Below are positions 37,467 to 46,531 of a stretch of 64,000 nt of DNA, in pieces. Position 1 is the stretch's first letter. Each line of letters starts with the position of its first letter. This DNA is from Lysobacterales bacterium. Its GTDB lineage: Bacteria; Pseudomonadota; Gammaproteobacteria; Xanthomonadales; SZUA-5. The stretch lies in NCBI GenBank assembly GCA_022844165.1, contig JALHMH010000003.1:184890-248889 (forward strand), read 5' to 3'. Position numbers and translations under genes: made by a program. The notes beneath the pieces are model-generated. The model made no database searches. It saw nothing but the letters and a program-made list of their open reading frames with translations, and was not told where the DNA came from.

Positions 37467-39125
37467 ATGAAAAAGAACACCATGGCGACTGCCATCGTTG
37501 CCGGCCTCGCCGGTATCGCTGGTATCGCAAATATTTCCACCGCGGTGAACCTCAATCCGGACGGCGTCGGTCAGGTTCTCCTGTACCCGTACTACACCGT
37601 CAATGGCAACAACCTGACCATCCTGTCGGTGGTGAACACCACCAGCGCTGGTAAGGCCGTCAAGGTCCGCTTCCTCGACGCACGTAACTCGCGCGAAGTG
37701 TTGGACTTCAACCTGTACCTGTCCGAGTTCGACGTTTGGACGGCGACCATCTTCTCGCAAGCCGACACCGGCCCGGCGAACATCACGACGACCGACACCA
37801 GCTGCACCGTGCCGGGCATCGAAAGCGGCATCTTCCAGTTGCCGACGCTGCCGAGCGGTCAACGCTTCTTCCCGTTCCGCACGACGTTCTTCACGGATTA
37901 CGCGCAGCCGGCACTGACCGATGCGACCCGTACCCGTGACGGTTACGTCGAAATGATCGAGATGGGCTCCATCCCGACCAACAGCTTCTTCGGCGCCAAC
38001 CTGACGCACATCAACAATCGTCCGGCCGACTGCGCAACGTTGGAACGCGCTTGGTTGACCAATGGTATCTGGACGGCAACTGCTGGCACGGAAGATCTCG
38101 AAGCTCCGCTGGGTGGTCTGTTCGGCGCTGCGGCGCTGGTCAACGTTGCTGACGGCACGTTCCTGAATTACAACGCTGACGCAATTGATGGTTTCCGTGC
38201 AACGCAGATCCACACTGCGCCGGGCTTCGACCTGCCGAACCTGAACAACGCCAACAGCGCTGTCGCCGGTATCGTCACCAGCTTCGTGTTCGATCGCGGT
38301 CGTTTGATCACATCCAACTGGCGTACGACCCCAGCCGCCACGCCGGATACCGCTGTCAATGCTCAGCCGGTTGACGCAGTTTCGGCAGTTCTGATGCGCG
38401 AAGCCGTGTTCAATGAATACGCTGTCGATGCCGATTTGCGTGCAGCTACAGAATGGGTGGTCACCTTCCCAACCCGTCGTTTCTACGTCCGCTCCGCGCC
38501 GTTGGGTTCGACCGGTGGCACGATCGCTCCGTTCACGATGGGTTTTGCCAACGGCCCGATCGGCTCGGCACTGGGCAATGCTGGTTGCGAGCGCGTTTCG
38601 CCGCGCATCTACAACCGTGAAGAAGACACGTTTAATGTGTTCGACTTCTCGCCATCGACCGGTCAAGCTCAGTTGTGCTGGGAAGCGAACCCGTTGTGGT
38701 TCTCGCGCACCCCGCCAGGCATTGCTTCGCGCACACCGATCTTCGGCGCTCCTGGTCTCCAGGGCACGGGCACCGCGACCGTTGGTCCGTTGTGGACTGG
38801 CGTTCCGACCTTCCTGCAGCTGTTTGGCATTATCCAGAAAACCTTCCAAAACGGTTGGTTCTGGTTGGGCTTCTACGACCTGAACGCGTTCAGCCCGGCC
38901 GGTATCCCGACCCCGCTGAATCGTCCGCAGTTGGTGGAAACCACACTGCCGACCGGCCAAGCTGACCGTTTCTTTGGTCTGCCGGCCACCGGCTTCTGGG
39001 CACTGCGCGTTGAGAACAACAACGCTCGTCCCGGTGTGCAGGGCTTCTACGGTGGCGCCTACCCGCACCGCGCATCACGCGCTTGCTACAAGGGTGCGTT
39101 CGCTGCATCGGCCCCATGCGATTGA
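37467..39125 (+). CDS. Probable S-layer/major cell-surface protein
   Basis: AGGAG RBS, signal peptide, N-terminal NPDG.GQVL.YPYYTV...AVKVRF...NS.EVLDFNLYLS..DVWT recalled for proteobacterial surface-layer (NpdA-like) proteins; high-expression codon bias; own terminator. Confidence 0.78.
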   Translation: MKKNTMATAIVAGLAGIAGIANISTAVNLNPDGVGQVLLYPYYTVNGNNLTILSVVNTTSAGKAVKVRFLDARNSREVLDFNLYLSEFDVWTATIFSQADTGPANITTTDTSCTVPGIESGIFQLPTLPSGQRFFPFRTTFFTDYAQPALTDATRTRDGYVEMIEMGSIPTNSFFGANLTHINNRPADCATLERAWLTNGIWTATAGTEDLEAPLGGLFGAAALVNVADGTFLNYNADAIDGFRATQIHTAPGFDLPNLNNANSAVAGIVTSFVFDRGRLITSNWRTTPAATPDTAVNAQPVDAVSAVLMREAVFNEYAVDADLRAATEWVVTFPTRRFYVRSAPLGSTGGTIAPFTMGFANGPIGSALGNAGCERVSPRIYNREEDTFNVFDFSPSTGQAQLCWEANPLWFSRTPPGIASRTPIFGAPGLQGTGTATVGPLWTGVPTFLQLFGIIQKTFQNGWFWLGFYDLNAFSPAGIPTPLNRPQLVETTLPTGQADRFFGLPATGFWALRVENNNARPGVQGFYGGAYPHRASRACYKGAFAASAPCD

Positions 39126-39152
39126 TCTGATCGCTTGATGTTAAGGTAAGTC

Positions 39153-39184
39153 GAAAGAGGGGGCTTCGCCCCCTCTTTCTTTTT
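39153..39184 (+). terminator. Rho-independent terminator
   Basis: GAAAGAGGGGG-CTTCG-CCCCCTCTTTC followed by a T run. Confidence 0.9.
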
Positions 39185-39432
39185 GGGGGGCAGCGCAGCG
39201 GCTTTCTTTGGGGCGAAGATCCCAGCTAAACGTACTCCATTTTGAACTGACCCGTGCGCTGGACCTGGTGCTTGACATGGCCACCGGCGACTTCAATGCG
39301 TTCCAGCCCAACCATCACGCTGCCGAATGCTTCAACTTGAGTGAACAGACTGGTTCCCGTCGCAACGAAAATCAGTAAACCGGCGCAATATCTGAGGTAG
39401 CATCTCCTCAACAGTTGTGACGGATATGAGAA

Positions 39433-40338
39433 ATGACTAGAAGTTCGATCATCGGTTTGCTGTCGCTGATTGCGGTTCCTGCATGCGCGCAAAACCTGAT
39501 TCTCGACAGCGTGCCGGCCATCCAGCTCTCGACGTCATCGACGCAAAGCGCGGTGCAAATCGATCCCGCTACCGGGAACGTTACGGTTCGCTCCCAAGTG
39601 GGTAACTTAACGAGCTGCACTGGAAGCGCGCCGAGTCCACCCGTGATCAACACGTTCCAACCGAACGTCTCGTCGGTTACACCAAACTCGCCTTTTTCAC
39701 TCTCCTGGACGTCCACGAATGCGACGTCCTGTTCACCTTCTCTGGGCACGACTACTTGGGGCGGCCTGGGTACATTACCGACCAACGGTACTCAGCCACT
39801 CACCGCACCGGCTTCGACCGGAAATATTACGTTCAGACTGACCTGCACAAACGGAACGTCCAGCGTAAGTCGCGATACAACCATCGAAGTGAGCTCGGGC
39901 GGCGGTGGCGGAAACTGCACGCCACCGGTCCCAACCATCAATGAAGCCACTTGGTCCGGAATCTTCAACGGTCAGCCGTTTCCGCTGAACAATCCGACGA
40001 CCATCAATATTTCGTCCGGCGCGATTGAGGCCATCAGTTTTGTCGCCAGCGGTTCCATTCAGCCATTCGGCTTCTTCACATCGCAGGGCGCCGCTTTGGG
40101 TAACGTCCGCGCGTCGATATCCACGGTGCGAGGCTGCTTCACGGCGGCATCGTTAGGATCCAACTGCCTCCAAGATTTCCAGAACCAAGTTGGCTTGTCG
40201 TGGCAGGCTGGCGGATCGAGCGCTGTTGCTTGCGTGTTAAATGTCGGCACAACCTATTACCTGAATTTGCAGGGCGACGCGGCTTGCGGTAACTGCACGC
40301 GGGAATTTGATTCACAAGTGCAGCCAGATGGCGGCTAG
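39433..40338 (+). CDS. Secreted Ser/Thr/Cys-rich hypothetical protein, paralog 1
   Basis: Signal peptide; Ig-like LSWTSTNATSC...FRLTCTNG; colinear with 40561..41457. Confidence 0.82.
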   Translation: MTRSSIIGLLSLIAVPACAQNLILDSVPAIQLSTSSTQSAVQIDPATGNVTVRSQVGNLTSCTGSAPSPPVINTFQPNVSSVTPNSPFSLSWTSTNATSCSPSLGTTTWGGLGTLPTNGTQPLTAPASTGNITFRLTCTNGTSSVSRDTTIEVSSGGGGGNCTPPVPTINEATWSGIFNGQPFPLNNPTTINISSGAIEAISFVASGSIQPFGFFTSQGAALGNVRASISTVRGCFTAASLGSNCLQDFQNQVGLSWQAGGSSAVACVLNVGTTYYLNLQGDAACGNCTREFDSQVQPDGG

Positions 40339-40560
40339 TGAAGTGTTGACAAGCCGCAGGCGTCGAGACGAACATCCGGCGGTTGCACCGCTGGATCTGT
40401 AGTGCGGCATTTGAGTTTCGACACGTACCTTGGCGAGAGAGGCCAACGATACAGGTCGGCTTAAGGTCAAGTCTGGCCAGCAGATGATTTTCGCGCGTGA
40501 GCCGTTTTTCCAACTTGCATCGCGTCGAATGTCATCGTCCTTATCACACACGCTCAAACC

Positions 40561-41457
40561 ATGCGCCGACTCGTCGCTTTCTTACTGCTTCCGCACATCT
40601 GCCTGGCGCAGAACCTTCTGTTGGACACCGTGCCTGCAATTCCACTCACACAATCGACAACCACCAGCGCGGTGCAGCTCGATCCCCTCACCGGAAACAT
40701 CACGGTTCGTTCCGCAGCCGGAAACCTGATGCAGTGCACCGCAACAACGCCGAATCCGCCGATCATCACCAGCTTTCAAGCCAGTGCAGGAACAGTGACG
40801 CCGTCATCGCCATTCAGCCTGACCTGGACATCGACGAATGCGACCTCCTGCACGCCCTCAGGTGGGGCCGGAACAGGTTGGACGAGTACAACGCAACTGG
40901 CCCCGAACGGCACTGCAAATTTGACAGCTCCGGCTCAGCAGGGCACGATCAACTTCACGTTGGTCTGTACCAATGGATCGGTCAACAGCTCACCCAGCCA
41001 GACCAACATTCAAGTAGCGACTGCCACTTGCACGCCACCCGCAAGTGTGAATCCATCGAGTTGGGAAGCATTCTTCAACGCTCAAGTATGGCCAAGAGCC
41101 AATGCAACCAACGTCGACCTTAGCGAGCAAATCACCGCGTTGAGCTTTACCGCCTCGGCCAGCGTCGCACAGAACGGAATCATGCAGGCAACGAACCCCA
41201 ACGGTCAGCCCGGTAACGTTCGCTTCTCCATTTCGACCACCCCAGGGTGCTTTACCGCCGCTTTGCTGGGGCCAAACTGCGTGGTCGATTTTTTCCCGCT
41301 ACCCGCTCTGAGTTGGCAAATCGGAGGCACTCCTGGCGCTGCCTGCCAACTGACGCAGGGAACCACGTATCACTTCAACATGCAGGGCGATGCAGCGTGC
41401 GGTGCAAGTTGCTCAAGGCAATTCCAATCGAGTACCAAAGTGCCGGATGAGCAATAG
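40561..41457 (+). CDS. Secreted Ser/Thr/Cys-rich hypothetical protein, paralog 2
   Basis: Same architecture as paralog 1 (AQNL.LD.VPAI.L..S, GCFTAA.LG.NC, QGDAACG..C.R.F). Confidence 0.82.
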   Translation: MRRLVAFLLLPHICLAQNLLLDTVPAIPLTQSTTTSAVQLDPLTGNITVRSAAGNLMQCTATTPNPPIITSFQASAGTVTPSSPFSLTWTSTNATSCTPSGGAGTGWTSTTQLAPNGTANLTAPAQQGTINFTLVCTNGSVNSSPSQTNIQVATATCTPPASVNPSSWEAFFNAQVWPRANATNVDLSEQITALSFTASASVAQNGIMQATNPNGQPGNVRFSISTTPGCFTAALLGPNCVVDFFPLPALSWQIGGTPGAACQLTQGTTYHFNMQGDAACGASCSRQFQSSTKVPDEQ

Positions 41458-41619
41458 CGATTTGCCACAAAAACACGCCGGCCGGCTCCAGGCAGGATGG
41501 CCGAGCGCGCAGCGGCGCTTTGGAGCGATGTGCGGGAACTATCCGGTTGCGCACGCATCGAATCGCCTTGCGCGATCAGACTGATCAAAACGATGAACCA
41601 CCTTCAAGGACGAAAAGCA

Positions 41620-42528
41620 ATGCGTAACCTCTCGCCGCTACTGATTCTGGCCTTCTTCTGCCTACCGGCAAATTCACAAACCGCCTGCGAAGGCATGGAC
41701 TGCCCACTGGCCATCCGCGGCACTGCGACAGTTACGGTAGCCGATCTGGTTGCAAAGCTCGATTCCATTGAGGCGCGGCATCGCCCGTTGCTGTTGTCGG
41801 ACGGCAAACAACTGGAGAACATCGTCGAGAACATGCTGCTGCAGCGACAGATTGCGCAAGACTTGAAGGCAACCGAACTCGAGTCGGACCCGGTCATGGT
41901 GGCGAAGTTGCAGCAGGCGCGAGACGCTGTTCTTTCCGTTGCGCGCCTCGACGAGATTCGCGCCGCACGGCTGCCAAAGAACTTCGACGCGTTGGCGCGC
42001 GAGCACTTTCTGATCAGCAAAGCCGACTACATTGAACCGCGATCGGTCCGCGTTCGGCATCTGTTGATTGCCACGGAGAAGCGCACCGACGCTGAGGCAT
42101 TGGAACTTGCGACGGAGATCGCCAGGCGTCTGCCGCTCAATGACCAGGAGGCATTCGCTAAGGCTGTGGTCGAGTCCTCGGAGGATCCGGGTAAAGCGAG
42201 CAACCAGGGCGAGTACCTGGTGGCAGAAGGCAATACTCAATACGATCCCGCATTTAGCACAGCGTCGCTCGGGCTCGTTCGAGTGGGCTCAATGACCACG
42301 CCGGTCAAATCGCAGTTCGGATATCACCTGATTCAATTGTTGGAGGACAAGCCGGCGCGGCAAATGACCTTCGAAGAAGCCAAACCGCAGCTCGTCGCCA
42401 TTGTCAGCGGCGATGCCCGTCGTCGCATCGTGAGTGAGTATCGCAATGAGCTCAGCATTGCTGGCGATCTGAAGATCTACCCGGAGAATTTGCCGCAGGT
42501 CGACAAGCTGATCGAAGGGCGGCAGTAG
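41620..42528 (+). CDS. Periplasmic PpiC-type peptidyl-prolyl isomerase
   Basis: Signal peptide; VRHLLI, SEDPG, PVKSQFGYHLI. Confidence 0.87.
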   Translation: MRNLSPLLILAFFCLPANSQTACEGMDCPLAIRGTATVTVADLVAKLDSIEARHRPLLLSDGKQLENIVENMLLQRQIAQDLKATELESDPVMVAKLQQARDAVLSVARLDEIRAARLPKNFDALAREHFLISKADYIEPRSVRVRHLLIATEKRTDAEALELATEIARRLPLNDQEAFAKAVVESSEDPGKASNQGEYLVAEGNTQYDPAFSTASLGLVRVGSMTTPVKSQFGYHLIQLLEDKPARQMTFEEAKPQLVAIVSGDARRRIVSEYRNELSIAGDLKIYPENLPQVDKLIEGRQ

Positions 42529-42540
42529 GTCCTCCACGTT

Positions 42541-43302
42541 GTGGCGCTGTTCTGGCACTTCCTGCTACGCGATATTCGCTCGCGATACCTGGGCAGTCTG
42601 ACGGGTCTGCTCTGGGCCGTGCTCCACCCGGCGCTACAACTTCTTTTGTACGCTACGGTGTTCCAACACATTTTCAAGGCGCGGGTCGTTGGTGCGGAAT
42701 CGCACGGATTTGTCGCTTTCGTCGGTGTCGGATTCTGGGCGTGGGTGTTGTTCGCGGAGAGTTCGTCGCGTGCGACGACGGCGGTGCTCGATCAGGCGGC
42801 GTTGATCGGGAAGGTCAAGCTATCTGCGCAGATGCTGGTCACCGCGAGTGTCTGCGGGACGGCCGCTGTGCACCTCTTCGGTTACACGGTAGCGCTGATT
42901 ATTCTGGCGGCGTCAGGGACCGCGATGCACTGGCAGGGTGCGCTGCTGGTGCCGTTGGTGATTGCTATGCTGTTGTTGCTGACCCTGGGTTTCGCCTACC
43001 TGTTGAGCGCGATACAGGTTTTCATCCGCGATCTGGCGCAGATCATCAGTCAGGTACTGGCGTTTTGGTTCTTCCTGACGCCGGTGGTCTACTCGCGGGA
43101 AATGCTGCCGGCATTCGCACGCGAATGGATGGCCTGGAACCCGCTCACCTACTATCCGGAACGATTGCGGCAACTGTTGCTCGACGGCGAATTGGCTTTC
43201 GGTGCGGCTGATGCGTATGCGTTGCTGATTGCATTCCTCGTCTTTGCGATCGGAACATTTGCTTTCCGTCGCTTGCAGCGCCACTTCGAGGATTTCCTGT
43301 GA
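42541..43302 (+). CDS. wzm: Polysaccharide ABC exporter permease
   Basis: RDIRSRY.GS..G.LW, RDL.Q, FFLTPVVY, NPL. Confidence 0.9.
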   Translation: MALFWHFLLRDIRSRYLGSLTGLLWAVLHPALQLLLYATVFQHIFKARVVGAESHGFVAFVGVGFWAWVLFAESSSRATTAVLDQAALIGKVKLSAQMLVTASVCGTAAVHLFGYTVALIILAASGTAMHWQGALLVPLVIAMLLLLTLGFAYLLSAIQVFIRDLAQIISQVLAFWFFLTPVVYSREMLPAFAREWMAWNPLTYYPERLRQLLLDGELAFGAADAYALLIAFLVFAIGTFAFRRLQRHFEDFL

Positions 43303-44477
43303 CCGCGCTGGTACAGATGCAAGGTGTTGCCAAGCGCTACCCGCTGGTACATCGCAAAGCCGATCGAATGCGGGCACTGGTGCGTCTGTTATTTGGTCTC
43401 AAAGGCGAGCAGAACATCACCGTACTGGAGGATGTAACGCTCAGCATTCGCGCTGGCGAGTCGTTGGGCATCATTGGTGAAAACGGCGCGGGAAAATCCA
43501 CTTTGCTCAAGGTGCTGACCGGCGTACTGCACCCATCGTCCGGCACCGTCGCCGTCCACGGTTCACTGGCCGCACTCCTGGAACTCGGCGCAGGCTTCCA
43601 TCCCGAGTACACGGGCCGGCAGAACATTGCAACGGCGGCAGCGCTCATGGGTATGAGCACGAGCGACACCGCGCAGAAAATCGACGAGATCATCGAGTTT
43701 GCGGACATCGGGCGCTACATTGATGAGCCGATCAAACACTATTCGACCGGAATGGTCGTGCGTTTGGGATTCGCGATCGTCGCCGCGCGCAAGCCGCAGT
43801 TGTTGATCACCGACGAAGTGTTGGCCGTGGGCGATGAGAGCTTCCAGAAAAAATGCGTGCGCTGGATCGAGGAGTACTTGTCCGGAGGCGGCACCCTGTT
43901 GCTTGTTTCGCACAGCATGTACCACGTCCAGAAACTCTGCAAACACGCCCTGTGGATGCACCAGGGCCGGGTGCGAGCTTACGGCGACGTCTTTGAAGTG
44001 ACGCAAGATTACCTGGCGTACCACGAGCGCAAGACTGCCAAAGAGGCCGAAGCCGAGAAGCGCGTTCCTGTCAGCACCGAAGGGTATCGCGTCGAATCGA
44101 TCTGGCTCAATGGCCGAAGCGAAGAGCTGCCCCTGGTCCTGCCTGAAGGGCGCGGCCTGGAGATTTCCGCCGAGGTCTACACGCCAGATGCGCGTATTCC
44201 GCACATCGCGATCGGCCTGATACGGGCCGATGGCACAGCCGTGTACGGCACATCGAGCGAAATCGATAAAGCGCTGGCGACCAGGGTATCGGACACGATG
44301 GTTCGATACTCACTGCGGCTCGACGCCCTGCCGCTTCTTCCAGGCGGCTATACGCTGCGTTTTCACGCGATGGACCCCGAAGGACTGCGTGTGTTCGATA
44401 CGCAAACGCGGGATCTGGTGATTCGTGGCGACTGTCGCGAATTTGGCCTGGTCCGATTGAGCCATCAATGGCATTGA
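43299..44477 (+). CDS. wzt: Polysaccharide ABC exporter ATPase with C-terminal carbohydrate-binding domain
   Basis: GENGAGKST, YSTGM..RL.F, DEVLAVGD; ~140-aa C-terminal extension. Confidence 0.92.
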   Translation: MTALVQMQGVAKRYPLVHRKADRMRALVRLLFGLKGEQNITVLEDVTLSIRAGESLGIIGENGAGKSTLLKVLTGVLHPSSGTVAVHGSLAALLELGAGFHPEYTGRQNIATAAALMGMSTSDTAQKIDEIIEFADIGRYIDEPIKHYSTGMVVRLGFAIVAARKPQLLITDEVLAVGDESFQKKCVRWIEEYLSGGGTLLLVSHSMYHVQKLCKHALWMHQGRVRAYGDVFEVTQDYLAYHERKTAKEAEAEKRVPVSTEGYRVESIWLNGRSEELPLVLPEGRGLEISAEVYTPDARIPHIAIGLIRADGTAVYGTSSEIDKALATRVSDTMVRYSLRLDALPLLPGGYTLRFHAMDPEGLRVFDTQTRDLVIRGDCREFGLVRLSHQWH

Positions 44478-45307
44478 CCGTCGTCATCCCAGTGCACAAT
44501 GCGTTTGAGCTGCTCATGCGCTGCCTTGACGCGCTCGACAGCTGTACGCCGCCGCGCACGCCGGTGATCGTCATTGATGATGCTTCGAACGACTCGCGAA
44601 TTCGACCGTTGCTTCGCGATTTTGCCGAAAACACGCCGCTGGCCCCGATGCTGCTTGCCAATGAGCGTAACCTCGGTTTCGTCGGCACCGTCAATCAGGG
44701 CATGCGCATCGCAGACGAAAACGATGTTGTGCTGCTCAACAGCGATACCGAAGTGACGCCAGGCTGGTACGCGGCCATCCAGCGAGCGCTGGCGCAGCCA
44801 CATGTCGCCACCGCCACGCCGTTTTCGAACCATGCCGAAATCTGTTCATGGCCAGAATTCGTGCGCCACAACGAAGTGCCGGAGGACAAGAATCGGATCG
44901 CCGCCGCTTTCGCCACCCTGCAGCCGAGTTACCCCGAACTGCCAACCGCCGTCGGATTTTGTATGGGCATCGCCCGATCTGCCTTAAATGAAATCGGCGA
45001 CTTCGATGTGGCCACCTTTGGTCGCGGTTATGGTGAAGAAAACGACTTCTGCTGTCGCGCCCGCGGCCACGGTTGGAAGAATGTGCTGGTCGACGACGCC
45101 TACGTGGTACACGCTGGCGGCGGCTCGTTTGCGCCGCTCGGTCTTGCGCCGGGTGGCGAAAATCTGCGGCGATTGCTGGCGCGGTATCCAAACTACGCAC
45201 GCGATGTGGAGGCCTTCATTGCCGCCGATCCACTCCGTGAGCTTCGGCAGGCAGCGACCCAGCGTCTTCACAACGCGGTCCAACATCCCGCACAATCGCC
45301 GGTCTAA
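44468..45307 (+). CDS. Glycosyltransferase family 2
   Basis: VVIPVHN, IDDAS, NLGF, LLNSD, GYGEENDFC. Confidence 0.92.
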   Translation: MALTVVIPVHNAFELLMRCLDALDSCTPPRTPVIVIDDASNDSRIRPLLRDFAENTPLAPMLLANERNLGFVGTVNQGMRIADENDVVLLNSDTEVTPGWYAAIQRALAQPHVATATPFSNHAEICSWPEFVRHNEVPEDKNRIAAAFATLQPSYPELPTAVGFCMGIARSALNEIGDFDVATFGRGYGEENDFCCRARGHGWKNVLVDDAYVVHAGGGSFAPLGLAPGGENLRRLLARYPNYARDVEAFIAADPLRELRQAATQRLHNAVQHPAQSPV

Positions 45308-45329
45308 TGTTCTCGCCAATCTCCAGCGG

Positions 45330-45563
45330 GGCTTCGCATCAGACCGCCGAGCATTGTTGGCTTCGTTCAGCAGTGTACTTGCCACAACCCGCGCTTCGTA
45401 TTCCCGGCCCAGCGGCGCAGCCGCCGGGCGTTCGACTCGACACACGCCTGCGGCGTGTCAGCGTCGAGTCTCACCCCCTTAACTTTAGGGGCTGCAAAAC
45501 CCAAAGCCGCTCCGAAGAAAATTTGACTCAAATGACAAGACCCAGCTTCATCAAGGACTCCAG
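45330..45563. repeat. Dispersed structured repeat, copy 2
   Basis: Homologous to 14147-14363, same orientation. Confidence 0.85.
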
Positions 45564-45647
45564 GCCAACAATGACGCTGAGCCGTGCATCGCGGTGGGCC
45601 TTCCGTATCGACACTCTGATTTTCGCCTGAGCGGACGTTCTCGATTT

Positions 45648-46511
45648 ATGACCATCCTCGAATTCACTGGCGAGCGTTTCACCCCTGAGTGTGTGCGCGA
45701 AATCTGGTTAGAGCACTGGCATCGCTACGCGTTCGCCGCGCCATTCGCTAACGGCAAACGTGTGCTCGATGCGGCATGCGGTGAGGGATACGGGAGCGCG
45801 CTCCTGGCACAGACGGCCTACAGCGTTCTCGGCCTGGACCTGTCGCCAACTACGGTCGAACATGCGCGGGCTCGTTATCCGCAAGCCAATCTGCGGTATG
45901 GCGTCGCGGACGTCACCGCACTTGATCAGCTCCCCGACGCGAGCTTCGATCTGATCGTCTCATTCGAAACACTGGAACACGTCGAGCGCCAATCGGAGAT
46001 GCTGGCGGGCTTCAGGCGCTTATTGGCGCCCGGGGGTCTGCTGATCATCTCGACGCCGGATAAGCGGACCTATACAGACTTGACGGGCGTGACCAACGAA
46101 CATCACGTGCGCGAGTTATATCGACCGGAATTCGAGGCGCTGATTGCCAATCACTTCCCGGCACACCGTTTGCTCGCCCAGAAGTTGCTGTTCCAGTCGG
46201 TCTTGTGGGACCCCGATTGCGTCCCCACCTCCGCTTCTGCGGCAACGATGCGCGATGGTGGCGTGGATCCCAAGCTCGACTACGATGCGCTCTACTACAT
46301 CGCGGTGTGTGCTTTGGCGCCCGACGATCTGCCGCTGCGGCCTGGACAAGTGCATCTGTTCGGTGACGCCGAAGAGAGCGTTTATCGCCATTACAACGAT
46401 GAAATCAGAAAACACATCGCGGCTGGGCTTCGCCTTGTCGCACAGGAACAAGAGATCGCGGCGCTGCAGGCGGAGATCGCTCGCTTGAACGTTGCGCTTC
46501 AATCACGATAA
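45648..46511 (+). CDS. SAM-dependent methyltransferase with short C-terminal coiled coil
   Basis: FTGERF.P, EH.HRY, VLDAACGEGYG, SFETLEH; tail QEQEIAALQAEIARL. Confidence 0.88.
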   Translation: MTILEFTGERFTPECVREIWLEHWHRYAFAAPFANGKRVLDAACGEGYGSALLAQTAYSVLGLDLSPTTVEHARARYPQANLRYGVADVTALDQLPDASFDLIVSFETLEHVERQSEMLAGFRRLLAPGGLLIISTPDKRTYTDLTGVTNEHHVRELYRPEFEALIANHFPAHRLLAQKLLFQSVLWDPDCVPTSASAATMRDGGVDPKLDYDALYYIAVCALAPDDLPLRPGQVHLFGDAEESVYRHYNDEIRKHIAAGLRLVAQEQEIAALQAEIARLNVALQSR

Positions 46512-46531
46512 CAACGGATGGACCCACTTTG

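Noticed and set aside
37425-39068. 547-aa antisense ORF over the S-layer gene
   Set aside because: Shadow frame expected from the strong codon bias of the sense gene; no motifs or RBS
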